Source of the DNA: Alphaproteobacteria bacterium
GTDB lineage: Bacteria > Pseudomonadota > Alphaproteobacteria > CAAHEQ01 > UBA3637
Length of the DNA stretch: 51,730 nucleotides
Assembly: GCA_045536135.1 (NCBI GenBank)
Contig: JAZSNA010000008.1
Location: forward strand, 1 to 51,730
Reading direction: 5' to 3'
Shown: positions 38,929-48,935 of the stretch, piece after piece
How the letters are laid out: the number at the start of each line of letters is the position of its first letter
How positions within the stretch are numbered: position 1 is the stretch's first letter
Notes under the pieces: model-generated
Seen by the model: only the letters and a program-made list of their open reading frames with translations
Databases searched by the model: none
What the model was told of the DNA's origin: nothing
Translations under genes and position numbers: made by a program

Positions 38929-39845
38929 GCAACATATCCTCCATATAAGATTAAGCAGATTAATCCATCAATCCGAGTTATTTTTCCACGATATCCAAAA
39001 AACATCAATAATAAAGTAACAGCCACCATAATATAAAAACTGTTTAACATTGCCGATGAAATCGGCGTTAATACAATCATGGATACAACACCCAATATCA
39101 TAAATACATTAAAGATATTACTGCCGACGACATTTCCGAATGCAACCGAATTTTCTTTTTTGATTGAAGCGACAATAGATGTGATTAACTCCGGCAAAGA
39201 AGTCCCGACAGATACAACCGTTAATCCGATAATTGCTTCGGATATACCTAAACTTCTGGAAATTTCAATGGCACTATCCACCATTAATTTAGCCCCCAAC
39301 AAAACGGACGCTATTCCACCAAAAGCATATATACATGATTTAAGTAAAGTATCGTTTGATTGAGTCGATAATTCTTTTTGCATTTCTTTAACAGCTTTTT
39401 TGTCTTGACTTTCGGAAAAATAGGCATAGCAAATATAAAACAATATAACACCCACAAAAGCTAAACCCATTAAGTAATTTATCATCCCAATCCAACAGCA
39501 AAAGCCTAAAAAGAACAAAGTCAGCAACAAAAATATACCATCCCGCCGAAACATTTTTTTATCTATTTTAAGCGGGCACAATAAACCAGCAACACCCAAA
39601 ACTAATAAGATATTCGCAATATTTGAACCAATCACATTCCCGACCACAATATCCGGAGCACCTTTTAATCCGGCCAAAATACTGGCCACCAATTCTGGTG
39701 TTGATGTCCCGAAACCCACCAAAACAATGCCGATTAAAAGTGTTGACACTCCGATTTTTTGAGCCAAACTGACTGCACCGGAAACCATCTTATCCCCACC
39801 GACAGCCAAAAAAATCAATCCGATAATAAATAAAATATATGTCAT
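38913..39845 (-). CDS. yrbG: Calcium/sodium antiporter (YrbG family)
   Basis: Alpha repeats GFGTSTPEL..GNVIGSNIAN and VGTSLPEL..GNVVGSNIFN. Confidence 0.93.
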   Translation of the reverse strand: MTYILFIIGLIFLAVGGDKMVSGAVSLAQKIGVSTLLIGIVLVGFGTSTPELVASILAGLKGAPDIVVGNVIGSNIANILLVLGVAGLLCPLKIDKKMFRRDGIFLLLTLFFLGFCCWIGMINYLMGLAFVGVILFYICYAYFSESQDKKAVKEMQKELSTQSNDTLLKSCIYAFGGIASVLLGAKLMVDSAIEISRSLGISEAIIGLTVVSVGTSLPELITSIVASIKKENSVAFGNVVGSNIFNVFMILGVVSMIVLTPISSAMLNSFYIMVAVTLLLMFFGYRGKITRIDGLICLILYGGYVAWLVS

Positions 39846-39895
39846 TTTACGTCCTTTTTTATAGATTTTAATCTCTTTCCGTTATTCTGTCAAAG

Positions 39896-39924
39896 AAAAA
39901 ATGCCCTGAAATATCAGGGCATTT
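39896..39924 (-). terminator. Intrinsic terminator of aspS
   Basis: AAATGCCCTGA/TCAGGGCATTT stem, T-run on the minus strand. Confidence 0.8.
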
Positions 39925-39927
39925 CAA

Positions 39928-41709
39928 TTAGTCTTTTTTGTCAGAGATCCTTAATTTAATATGGGCTTCTCTCAATTGTTTTTCGGACACCTCTGCCGGT
40001 GCATGCATCAATAAATCTTCGGCTTTTTGATTGAATGGGAAGGCAATGACTTCACGAATGTAATCTTCCTCGGCCAACAGCATGACAATCCGATCAAGAC
40101 CGAATGCGCATCCGCCATGAGGCGGAGCCCCATATTTAAAGGCATTGAGCATCCCACCGAATTTTTCTTCAACAACTTCCGGACCATATCCAGCAATTTC
40201 AAAAGCTTTATACATAATTTCTTTGCTATGATTCCGAATCGCACCGGAAGCCATTTCAAGTCCGTTGCAAACACAATCGTATTGGAATGCTTTAATTTCA
40301 AGCGGATTCTTTTGCTCTAATGCTTCCAATCCGCCTTGGGGCATAGAGAACGGGTTGTGTGAAAATTCAACAGTACCTGTTTCTTCGTTTTCTTCATAGA
40401 ATGGGAAATCAACAATCCAACAAAATTCAAATTTGTTTTCATCAATCAATCCCATTTCTTGTCCCAATCTGTTCCGAACAATACCGGAGAACTTCTTTGT
40501 CTTTAATCCTTTACCACAAACAAAGAAAACACTGTCACCATCAACGACTTGACAAATCTCCTTTAATTGTTCCAACCGATCAGCTGATAAGTTTTTAGCC
40601 ACCGGGCCCTTAGCACCTTCGGCAGTGAAAGAGATATAGGCCAATCCGCCAAAACCTTCCGCTCTGGCCCAATCATTCAATTTATCAAAAAAGCTTCTGG
40701 GTTTGTCGGCACAAGCCGGCACTTTAATCGCCCGAGCAAATGCACCATCTGCAATCATTTTGGCAAAAATTCCAAAATCGGAACCATCAAATACTTCGGT
40801 ACAATCTTTGATAATCAACGGATTTCTTAAATCCGGTTTATCCGATCCATACATCAACATCGATTCATTAAAATCAATCCGACGCCATGGATACGGGTTA
40901 ATTTCTTTTTTCGTAAACTTTTTCATTAAGTTATAAATCACCGGTTCCATGACATTCATGATATCATCTTGTTCAACAAACGACATTTCCATATCCAACT
41001 GATAAAATTCACCCGGAGTTCTGTCAGCCCGAGAATCTTCATCACGGAAACAAGGTGCAATCTGGAAGTATTTATCAAATCCGGATACCATTAATAATTG
41101 CTTAAATTGTTGAGGCGCTTGAGGCAAAGCATAAAACTTGCCCGGATGCAATCGGGACGGAACTAAGAAATCCCGAGCCCCTTCTGGAGACGACGCTGTT
41201 AAAATCGGCGTTTGGAATTCAGAAAATCCTTGGGCCCACATTTCGGTTCTTGCTGTTTGCATCACTTGATTGCGAAGCAGAATATTAGCATGTGGTTTAT
41301 CCCGTCTTAAATCCAAAAAGCGGTATTTTAAGCGAACTTCTTCGCTTAAATCCGACGCATCTCCGTTGACTTGCATCGGCAAGACATCGGAAGCCCCCAA
41401 AATACTGACTTTACCAGCGGCAACTTCAATTTCACCTGTGGACAACTTCGGGTTTAAAGTTCCCTCGGCTCTGGCCAAAACCGTTCCGTCTATTTGAATA
41501 ACTGTTTCGATTCTGATATCCTCAAAATCCTTAAAACAAGGTGCATCTTTATCAACCACGATTTGGGTCAAACCGTAATTATCCCGTAAGTCAATAAACA
41601 TCAAATTACCATGATCTCGTTTAGAATGAACCCAACCGGATAATTTGACTTCTTTTCCAATTTCCTGTTTTGTTAACGCACCACAGGTATGTGTCCGATA
41701 AATTGTCAT
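39928..41709 (-). CDS. aspS: Aspartate--tRNA ligase (bacterial type, probably non-discriminating Asp/Asn)
   Basis: [45 protein letters not shown]; His in RDHG and Gly in RAEGT match non-discriminating positions. Confidence 0.97.
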   Translation of the reverse strand: MTIYRTHTCGALTKQEIGKEVKLSGWVHSKRDHGNLMFIDLRDNYGLTQIVVDKDAPCFKDFEDIRIETVIQIDGTVLARAEGTLNPKLSTGEIEVAAGKVSILGASDVLPMQVNGDASDLSEEVRLKYRFLDLRRDKPHANILLRNQVMQTARTEMWAQGFSEFQTPILTASSPEGARDFLVPSRLHPGKFYALPQAPQQFKQLLMVSGFDKYFQIAPCFRDEDSRADRTPGEFYQLDMEMSFVEQDDIMNVMEPVIYNLMKKFTKKEINPYPWRRIDFNESMLMYGSDKPDLRNPLIIKDCTEVFDGSDFGIFAKMIADGAFARAIKVPACADKPRSFFDKLNDWARAEGFGGLAYISFTAEGAKGPVAKNLSADRLEQLKEICQVVDGDSVFFVCGKGLKTKKFSGIVRNRLGQEMGLIDENKFEFCWIVDFPFYEENEETGTVEFSHNPFSMPQGGLEALEQKNPLEIKAFQYDCVCNGLEMASGAIRNHSKEIMYKAFEIAGYGPEVVEEKFGGMLNAFKYGAPPHGGCAFGLDRIVMLLAEEDYIREVIAFPFNQKAEDLLMHAPAEVSEKQLREAHIKLRISDKKD

Positions 41710-41711
41710 AA

Positions 41712-41747
41712 ATATAACTCCCTTGTTTTAATTCAAGGGAGTTATAT
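41712..41747 (-). promoter_or_regulatory. Perfect 14-bp inverted repeat covering the aspS SD and the -10 box
   Basis: ATATAACTCCCTTG-8 nt-CAAGGGAGTTATAT; TTGATT(41769-41764)-17-TATAAC(41746-41741). Confidence 0.6.
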
Positions 41748-41777
41748 CACAATCAAAACCGAAAATCAATAAGATTT

Positions 41778-43205
41778 TTAATGAGTATCTTCATTCTCAC
41801 GTGGCAACAGAGCATTCGGATTTAAATTAGGATTATTTTTCTGTTCTTGTTTCGGTGGTTTTGGCTCCCCGGACATTTGTTGTGCTTTGGGTGATAAAAC
41901 GGGATCAGAAACTGTTATATTTTTCAGCGGAGCACTCGGATCAAAAGTGTAATTATTTTCCTGTTCTTGTTTCGGTGGTTTTGGCTCCCCGGACATTTGT
42001 TGCGCTTTGGGTGACAAAACGGGATCAGAAACTGTTATATTTTTCGACGGAGCACTTGGATCAAAAGTGTAATTATTTTCCTGTTCTTTAACGCTCTGAG
42101 GTAAAACAATTTCTAAATTGGGATTTTGTTGATGAATAGAATCTAAAAATTCTTCAGATAAAAAATCTGGATGACATCCGGATAAATCCAATTTTTTTAA
42201 ATTTTTCCAATCCGCAGATAATTCAAAATTATCGGACGGTTTTTGAGGTAAATCCAATTTAAGTTCCTCCAAATTATCCGGCAATGTGATTTTTTCCAAT
42301 CCTTCCTTATCAATATGGATATCCATATTTTGAACACCTTCAACACCTTTAAAATTAACCTTTGGTTTAATGGAATCCCCCGCCGAGAATGTAAAGCTTT
42401 CATCGAGTGGTGGCAAGGTAATTGATTTCGTTTCGGATAAGTTGGCTTGTGTAAAATCCACTTCGCTGATATTCGCATCTGCGACTTTTGAAAGGTCTAA
42501 ATCAATATCCCCTTTATAAACCGTCAATTTTCCACGAACCGAATCATAATCATATATTTCTTCAAGATTTGGGATTTCAGGAACTAAATTTTCAACATCG
42601 TTTTTAGTATTTGAAGCTTTATCCCCTTTTTCTACTTCTTCATCTTTTCCCCTTTTTTTCTGATCCAAATAATCAGACTCTTCCTTTTTCGCTTCGTCTT
42701 GTTTTTGAACTTCTTCGGCCTTATTTTGGATATTAACCACAGAAGCCCCTGTATTTGCAGCCGTCTCTGCGGCGTTGTCGATGGCATCCTTTTGTTCACG
42801 TGTTTGAGCTCGATCTCGGATGGCTTGTATTTTTCGACGTTCTTCTTCTGATATCTGTTCTAATGGTTTTGTATTTTTATCTGTATTGTTTTTTGCCTGT
42901 TCTCTTCGAATATCGGCAAGTTTTTGATTTATCTTATCCTGATCCTCTTGATCTATTCCTTTAAAAAAACTTTCTTGCCGTTGCCTTAAATCTTCCCATT
43001 CTTGCAATGTTTTCTTTGCATAGTCATCTAACTTTACGAAATTATTATTAGTTTTAAAATCATTTCGATGACTAAACTCTTTATCCATTTGTTGACTAGC
43101 CTGAGTTATATTTTTTGCCCGATCAGCAGCCACCTTCATTTGATCTAAAAGATCTGCATACCTTTTAGCTAATTCTTCGATTCTGCTATCTTCTAATCTT
43201 GCCAT
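41778..43205 (-). CDS. Hypothetical coiled-coil + LRR-like protein, paralog A
   Basis: GGAGG SD; LEKITLPDNLEELKLDLP..WKNLKKLDLSGC; C-terminal 40-aa repeats. Confidence 0.85.
   Translation of the reverse strand: MARLEDSRIEELAKRYADLLDQMKVAADRAKNITQASQQMDKEFSHRNDFKTNNNFVKLDDYAKKTLQEWEDLRQRQESFFKGIDQEDQDKINQKLADIRREQAKNNTDKNTKPLEQISEEERRKIQAIRDRAQTREQKDAIDNAAETAANTGASVVNIQNKAEEVQKQDEAKKEESDYLDQKKRGKDEEVEKGDKASNTKNDVENLVPEIPNLEEIYDYDSVRGKLTVYKGDIDLDLSKVADANISEVDFTQANLSETKSITLPPLDESFTFSAGDSIKPKVNFKGVEGVQNMDIHIDKEGLEKITLPDNLEELKLDLPQKPSDNFELSADWKNLKKLDLSGCHPDFLSEEFLDSIHQQNPNLEIVLPQSVKEQENNYTFDPSAPSKNITVSDPVLSPKAQQMSGEPKPPKQEQENNYTFDPSAPLKNITVSDPVLSPKAQQMSGEPKPPKQEQKNNPNLNPNALLPRENEDTH
41833..42088 (-). 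repeat. 120-bp in-frame tandem repeat, ~2.1 copies (EQENNYTFDPSAP..PKPPKQ)
   Basis: CTGTTCTT at 41841, 41961, 42081; about five mismatches between the full copies. Confidence 0.95.
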
Positions 43206-43237
43206 TTTTACCTCCGTTTTATGTTAGTTGTGTGTGT

Positions 43238-43266
43238 ATTATAGCATATTAAAAATTTAGATTCAA
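43238..43266 (-). promoter_or_regulatory. Sigma70 promoter with extended -10 (paralog A)
   Basis: TTGAAT-17 nt-TATAAT with TGC immediately upstream of -10. Confidence 0.7.
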
Positions 43267-43273
43267 TATATAA

Positions 43274-43308
43274 AAACAACTCCCTTATGCGAAATAAGGG
43301 AATTGTTT
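43274..43308 (-). terminator. Terminator between paralogs B and A
   Basis: AAACAACTCCCTTAT/ATAAGGGAATTGTTT inverted repeat. Confidence 0.75.
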
Positions 43309-43318
43309 ATAATTAAAA

Positions 43319-44572
43319 TTAACGTCCACCACGATTAAATAATCGATTAATCAATGATAGTTTTTTGACAGGCTGCGTCGTAATCCGAATCTCATCATCA
43401 TTTTCTGATTGGTATCCCTCAGAATTTTGTGGCAAAATAATTTTTAATTTCGGATTTTCTTCCTTTATCTTGTTTAAAAACTCATCTGTCAACATTGCCT
43501 CATGACATTCGGATAAATCCAATTTTTCTAAATTTTTCCAATCCCCTAATAATTCAAAATCATCTGACGGTTTTTGAGGTAAGGTTAATTTAAGTTCTTT
43601 CAAATTATCCGGCAGTGTTATTTTTTTCAAACCTTCTCTATCTACTTTGATATCCATATTTTTAACACCATGGACTTCCTTAAAGTTCAGTTTAGGTTTA
43701 ATTGTATCCCCTGCCGTAAAAGAAAAACTTTCGCCATCTACTGCCGGCAAAGAAATTGATTTAGTTTTTTCCAAATCCGCCGCGACAAAATTGACACCCT
43801 TAAAATTCGGAGCGTCTTCTTTAGTCAAATCAACCTCTTCCCCAAGAACACCGGACACACGCAAAATCCCTGTTTCTTTTTCAAAAAGAGTTTTTAGATC
43901 CTCTATATTTCCCAGATCTAAAGCAGGAACAGACGCAACTTCTTCATTTTCTTCTTCTGCTTCTTTTTTCTTTTGATCATAATGAGCATCTGCCTCTTCT
44001 TTATCCTCTTCTGCTTCTTTTCGTTCTTCCGCAATTGCGTTTTCAACAGCCAAAGGTGTTGGGTTTGTTGAAACCATAACTTCTTCAGCAGCATCTCTTT
44101 CCTTGGCTGTTAGAGCTCTATCCAATGCAGCCTGTATTTTCCGCCGTTTTTTTTCTTCATCTTCTTCATCTGGAAGTTGTTGAGAAAGTAACGGGATATA
44201 TAGGATATAACGGTATTTTTCCATATCATCCCGATCTTCTTTTTCTTTATCTGTTATTGGCTGATTATTGGCTTCTTTTTCCTTTATCAACAAATACTCC
44301 TGCAAGAATTTCTTCCTTACTTTAAGTACATCTTGCGATTCATTATGTTCATCTTGCGATTCATATAGTTCAATTGGATCACCTTTCTTTTGAGCTTCTT
44401 GCATTTCTTTATAGCACTTTAAATAAAAATCAATAGAAATATCATTCTCATATAAGTCCAAAAAACAGCGTTCTTCCAATGTTACATCTTCGTTTGAAAA
44501 TATTTTATCCTTAATAAGTAAATATTGTTCCAAATATTTCACTTCTTCTTTAGTTAAAGATATTTTTACCAT
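43319..44572 (-). CDS. Hypothetical coiled-coil + LRR-like protein, paralog B, basic C-terminal tail
   Basis: AAGGAGG SD; shares RRKIQA..DRA.T and LKKITLPDNLKELKL.LPQKPSD.FEL..DWKNLEKLDLS.CH with paralog A; ends KKLSLINRLFNRGGR. Confidence 0.85.
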   Translation of the reverse strand: MVKISLTKEEVKYLEQYLLIKDKIFSNEDVTLEERCFLDLYENDISIDFYLKCYKEMQEAQKKGDPIELYESQDEHNESQDVLKVRKKFLQEYLLIKEKEANNQPITDKEKEDRDDMEKYRYILYIPLLSQQLPDEEDEEKKRRKIQAALDRALTAKERDAAEEVMVSTNPTPLAVENAIAEERKEAEEDKEEADAHYDQKKKEAEEENEEVASVPALDLGNIEDLKTLFEKETGILRVSGVLGEEVDLTKEDAPNFKGVNFVAADLEKTKSISLPAVDGESFSFTAGDTIKPKLNFKEVHGVKNMDIKVDREGLKKITLPDNLKELKLTLPQKPSDDFELLGDWKNLEKLDLSECHEAMLTDEFLNKIKEENPKLKIILPQNSEGYQSENDDEIRITTQPVKKLSLINRLFNRGGR

Positions 44573-44603
44573 TGAGGCCTCCTTTTTATATTCCTATGGG
44601 CGT

Positions 44604-44632
44604 ATTATAGCATATTTTTCAACTTTTGACAA
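44604..44632 (-). promoter_or_regulatory. Sigma70 promoter with extended -10 (paralog B)
   Basis: TTGTCA-17 nt-TATAAT; AATATGCTATAATA identical to the paralog A promoter. Confidence 0.7.
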
Positions 44633-44727
44633 TATGTATTCACTTTTTTCTTGCATTTATAAAATAAAAATGATAATAACTAAACGTTTATTAACAAAAT
44701 ATTAACAAAACAAAGGAAAGTTTTACA

Positions 44728-47388
44728 ATGACAAAATGGGTTTATACATTTGGTGACGGGCAGGCCGAAGGTCGTGCCGACATGAGAAATCTCCTTGGTG
44801 GTAAGGGTGCCAACTTGGCCGAAATGGCTTCAATCGGTGTTCCTGTTCCGCCGGGATTTACAATTACAACAGAAGTTTGTACATATTTTTATGAAAACGG
44901 CAAAACTTATCCAGCTGAATTAAAAGCTGCCGTTGAAGAAGCATTAGCCGGAATTGAAGCAAAAATGGGTAAAAAATTCGGTGATGCCGAAAATCCGTTG
45001 TTGTTCTCGGTTCGTTCAGGGGCTCGGGTTTCCATGCCGGGAATGATGGATACTGTTTTAAACCTTGGTTTGAATGATCAAGCTGTTAAAGGTTTGGCAA
45101 AAGTATCTGGTAATGAAAAATTTGCTTATGACTCCTATCGTCGCTTCATTCAAATGTATGCCGATGTTGTTATGGGTGTTGACAGCCATTTATTCGAACA
45201 TGTTTTGGATAAAGTTCGTGAAGACAACGGATATCAATTCGACAACCAAATGACTGTCGAACAATTACAAGACGTTATTGCTCAATTCAAACAAATTTGT
45301 GAAGATGCTGGTAAACCGTTACCGCAAGATCCTCAAGTTCAATTGTGGGGTGCAATCGGCGCCGTATTCGGTTCTTGGATGGTTGATCGGGCAATTTTCT
45401 ATCGTAAATTGAATAATATTCCGGCCAACTGGGGAACCGCCGTTAACGTTCAAACCATGGTTTTCGGAAACAGTGGGGATAATTCCGCAACCGGTGTTTG
45501 CTTCTCTCGGGATCCGGCAACCGGTGAAAATTATTTCTATGGTGAATATTTGAAAAATGCTCAAGGGGAAGACGTTGTGGCCGGTATTCGGACACCGCAA
45601 CCCATGACTAAATTAGTCAAAGAACGGCGTGGTATTGATTTACCGTGCATGGAAGAAGAATTCCCAGCATTATATCAAGAATTAGCCGATATTCGAGCAA
45701 AATTGGAAGCTCATTACAAAGATATGCAAGATATGGAATTTACAATTCAAGACGGCAAACTTTGGATGCTTCAAACTCGTAACGGAAAACGTACCGGTAC
45801 TGCCGCTTTGCGTATTGCCGTTGAAATGGTAAAAGAAGGCTTAATCGATAAAAAAACTGCTATCATGCGTGTTGAAGCTGGTCAATTAGATCAATTACTT
45901 CACCCAATGTTCAGCAAAAATGCAACCAAGAACGTGATTGCTCGTGGATTGCCGGCTTCTCCGGGAGCTGCTGTCGGTCAAGTCGTTTTCTCGGCTGCTG
46001 ATGCAGAAGCTTGGGCAGAACAAGGCAAAAAAGTTGTTTTGGTTCGTATTGAAACTTCTCCGGAAGACATTGCAGGTATGCATGTTGCACAAGGTATTTT
46101 GACTGCTCGGGGCGGTATGACTTCTCACGCAGCCGTTGTGGCTCGGGGTATGGGTAAACCGTGTGTTTCCGGTGTTCCTGAATTAAGAATCGATTATGCC
46201 GGAAAATTCTTGAAAGTCGGTGACTTGGTTATCCGTGAAGGCGAAATGATTTCCATCGACGGTACAACCGGTGAAGTTATGGCCGGTGCTTTGGAATTAG
46301 TTTTACCGGAAATGACCGGCAACTTCGGTGAATTCATGGGATGGGTTAACGAAATCAAAACATTATCTGTTCGTGCCAACGCCGAAACACCGAAAGATGC
46401 TGAAACAGCTCGTAAATTTGGTGCAGAAGGTATCGGACTTGCCAGAACAGAACACATGTTCTTTAATCCAGATCGTATCAACCATATGCGTGAAATGATT
46501 TTGGCAAAAACAGAACAAGATCGTCGTGTGGCTTTGGATAAATTATTACCGTATCAACGGGCTGACTTTGTCGAATTGTTTAAAATTATGGAAGGACTTC
46601 CTGTCACGATTCGTTTATTAGATCCGCCTTTGCATGAGTTCTTACCTCATAAGAAAGAAGAACAAATTGAAATTGCACAAGAATTGGGTGTTTCCGTTGA
46701 AGAAATTCAAGCACGGACAGCTCAACTTCATGAAGCCAACCCGATGCTTGGTCTTCGCGGATGCCGTTTGGCCGTTGTATTCCCGGAAATTTGTGAAATG
46801 CAAACTCGGGCAATCATTGAAGCCGCATTGGAAGTTTCGGCAACCGGTGTAAAAGTTATTCCGGAAATTGAAGTTCCTTTAATCACTTCAAAGAAAGAAT
46901 TAGAAATCTGCAAGAAAATCATTGACGAAACAGCTGAAAAGGTCTTTGCCGAAAAAGGACAAAAAGTTGAATACTTCGTCGGTACAATGATTGAATTACC
47001 ACGTGCAGCATTAAAAGCTGACGAAATTGCAGAAATCGCTGACTTCTTTGAATTCGGAACAAACGATTTGACACAAACAACTTTGGGTATGAGTCGTGAT
47101 GATGCGGGTTCATTCTTACCTCAATTCGTTGAAAAAGGTATTTATGATATGGATCCGTTCCAATCATTGGATACAAGCGGTGTTGGTAAATTAGTCGCTA
47201 TGGCTTGCCAAGACGGTCGCAAAACAAACCCGAACTTATATTTAAGTATTTGTGGTGAACACGGTGGGGATCCTGCTTCAATCATGTTCTTGAACCAATA
47301 CTTGGCTGGGGTTTCTTGCTCACCATACCGTGTGCCTATTGCTCGGTTGGCTGCAGCTCAAGCCGCTGTTAAAGATGAAAACAAATAA
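44728..47388 (+). CDS. ppdK: Pyruvate, phosphate dikinase
   Basis: LLGGKGANLAEM, SVRSGARVSMPGMMDT, GGMTSHAAVVARG, GTNDLTQ, ICGEHGGDP. Confidence 0.98.
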   Translation: MTKWVYTFGDGQAEGRADMRNLLGGKGANLAEMASIGVPVPPGFTITTEVCTYFYENGKTYPAELKAAVEEALAGIEAKMGKKFGDAENPLLFSVRSGARVSMPGMMDTVLNLGLNDQAVKGLAKVSGNEKFAYDSYRRFIQMYADVVMGVDSHLFEHVLDKVREDNGYQFDNQMTVEQLQDVIAQFKQICEDAGKPLPQDPQVQLWGAIGAVFGSWMVDRAIFYRKLNNIPANWGTAVNVQTMVFGNSGDNSATGVCFSRDPATGENYFYGEYLKNAQGEDVVAGIRTPQPMTKLVKERRGIDLPCMEEEFPALYQELADIRAKLEAHYKDMQDMEFTIQDGKLWMLQTRNGKRTGTAALRIAVEMVKEGLIDKKTAIMRVEAGQLDQLLHPMFSKNATKNVIARGLPASPGAAVGQVVFSAADAEAWAEQGKKVVLVRIETSPEDIAGMHVAQGILTARGGMTSHAAVVARGMGKPCVSGVPELRIDYAGKFLKVGDLVIREGEMISIDGTTGEVMAGALELVLPEMTGNFGEFMGWVNEIKTLSVRANAETPKDAETARKFGAEGIGLARTEHMFFNPDRINHMREMILAKTEQDRRVALDKLLPYQRADFVELFKIMEGLPVTIRLLDPPLHEFLPHKKEEQIEIAQELGVSVEEIQARTAQLHEANPMLGLRGCRLAVVFPEICEMQTRAIIEAALEVSATGVKVIPEIEVPLITSKKELEICKKIIDETAEKVFAEKGQKVEYFVGTMIELPRAALKADEIAEIADFFEFGTNDLTQTTLGMSRDDAGSFLPQFVEKGIYDMDPFQSLDTSGVGKLVAMACQDGRKTNPNLYLSICGEHGGDPASIMFLNQYLAGVSCSPYRVPIARLAAAQAAVKDENK

Positions 47389-47406
47389 ATTTTGTTAAAC
47401 TTTAAG

Positions 47407-47441
47407 AAAAAATCCCCTTCTGAAAAGAGGGGGATTTTTTT
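47407..47441 (+). terminator. Intrinsic terminator of ppdK
   Basis: AAAAAATCCCCTTC/GAGGGGGATTTTTTT. Confidence 0.85.
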
Positions 47442-47543
47442 ATCCTAAAAAAAAATCATTTTTTGTTATTTTTTACTTGCTTTTGTTTTTAATTTATCTA
47501 AAATAGGTTTTCGTAAAGTAATTATAAAAAAGGAGAATAAATA

Positions 47544-48485
47544 ATGGTTACAAAAAAATCAACAAAAAAACCGACAGCTAAAAAGACCGTCACACCCAAA
47601 AAGGTAGAGGTCGCTAAACCTGTCGTTGAGGCAAAAGTTGAAACAAAAACAGAAAAATGTACATGCGGATGCTGTGATCCTCGCAAGAAAATCATCGCAG
47701 TCGGCATTGTTGTCGTTTTACTTGGATTGATTGCTGCTGTTGCTTGTCCGTGTAAAAAAGATTGCGCGAAGAAATTTGATGAAAAAGTCGATCAAAAGAT
47801 CGCTGCTTGGATTGAAAAAAATCCGTTAGCTGTTATCGAATCTGTCAACAAGTACTTTGAAGCTCAACAAGCTAAAGCTCGTCAAGACGGTGCAGATGAA
47901 GGTTGCGGTGCCGCTCCGGCAAAAGAACGTCAAGCTCGTCCAGCTCCTAAAAAAGCTGACAAAGCTTTGTTAAACGAAATCTTAGGTCGTAAAGATTTGA
48001 ATGTTTTGGGTAATCCGAACGGTAAATTCGTTATGATCGAATTCTTTGATTATCAATGCGGATACTGCAAAAAAGCAAACAAAGCAATGGCGGAAGCAAT
48101 CAAAAAATCCAATAATATTCGTTGGGTTGTTGTAGATACTCCGATCTTTGGTGAATCTTCTGAATTGATCGCTCGTTATGCAAATGCGGCTGCAAAACAA
48201 GGTAAATTTGCTCAATTCCATCATGAAATTGGCGAAGCCAAAGGTCGCTTGGACGAAGTTGCTTTGAAAGAAATCGGTAAAAAATTGAAAATGGATGTTG
48301 AAAAATTAGCCAAAGATGCTGATTCTCAAGAAATGAAAGACCGTATCACTAAAAATAAACAATATACTCGTCAATTGGGTATGGGTGGTGTTCCGGGATT
48401 CATCATTGATGGTGACATTCAATCCGGTTTCTTCCCACAAGAACAAATGGATCGCTATATTGAAAAAGCAAATTCCATGAAATAA
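47544..48485 (+). CDS. DsbA family thioredoxin-fold protein (Com1-like), membrane anchored
   Basis: GNPNGKFVMIEFFDYQCGYCKK, PIFGESS, GVPGFII (cis-Pro loop); AAGGAG SD. Confidence 0.9.
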   Translation: MVTKKSTKKPTAKKTVTPKKVEVAKPVVEAKVETKTEKCTCGCCDPRKKIIAVGIVVVLLGLIAAVACPCKKDCAKKFDEKVDQKIAAWIEKNPLAVIESVNKYFEAQQAKARQDGADEGCGAAPAKERQARPAPKKADKALLNEILGRKDLNVLGNPNGKFVMIEFFDYQCGYCKKANKAMAEAIKKSNNIRWVVVDTPIFGESSELIARYANAAAKQGKFAQFHHEIGEAKGRLDEVALKEIGKKLKMDVEKLAKDADSQEMKDRITKNKQYTRQLGMGGVPGFIIDGDIQSGFFPQEQMDRYIEKANSMK

Positions 48486-48502
48486 TTGTTGGAAAGAACA
48501 AT

Positions 48503-48532
48503 AAAAAAACCGACAGAAATGTCGGTTTTTTT
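48503..48532. terminator. Bidirectional terminator
   Basis: AAAAAAACCGACA/TGTCGGTTTTTTT between convergent genes. Confidence 0.85.
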
Positions 48533-48935
48533 ATTTAAGAATACGTTTTAAAACCAAAGCATCTATTCCATCATAATATCCTTTTCTTCGTCCGATTTCT
48601 TGAAATAGATTTTTTTTATAAAATTCAATAGCGTCTTTATTTTGACAGTTGACTTCCAAAAAAATCTCATCAGCCGACACTTGTCTGATTAATTGATTAA
48701 ACAATCTTTGTCCTTCGCCTTGACGCCGATAATGCGGTAATACGCAAAAAGTTATTATTTCCAAGACCCCCGCAACAAAAGTTGCCAAAATGAAACCATT
48801 TTCACTGATAACGCCTTGTATATGAGGCAGGCGAAGTAATGCCTCAAATGATTTTTTATCCCAACTTTTTTCAAAGCATTGTTGGTGTATTTTTTCCAAG
48901 ATTGGTGCATGTAAAATTGAAATTTTATCCAACAT
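48531..48935 (-). CDS. rimI: RimI-like N-acetyltransferase
   Basis: IHQQCFEKSW, EIITFCVLPHYRRQGEG, IFLEV..N..AI.FY..F.EIGRRKGYY; follows tsaB; start moved to ATG 48935. Confidence 0.85.
   Translation of the reverse strand: MLDKISILHAPILEKIHQQCFEKSWDKKSFEALLRLPHIQGVISENGFILATFVAGVLEIITFCVLPHYRRQGEGQRLFNQLIRQVSADEIFLEVNCQNKDAIEFYKKNLFQEIGRRKGYYDGIDALVLKRILK

Noticed and set aside
41855-42091. Plus-strand repeat ORF
   Set aside because: Antisense reading of the 120-bp repeat in the minus-strand gene
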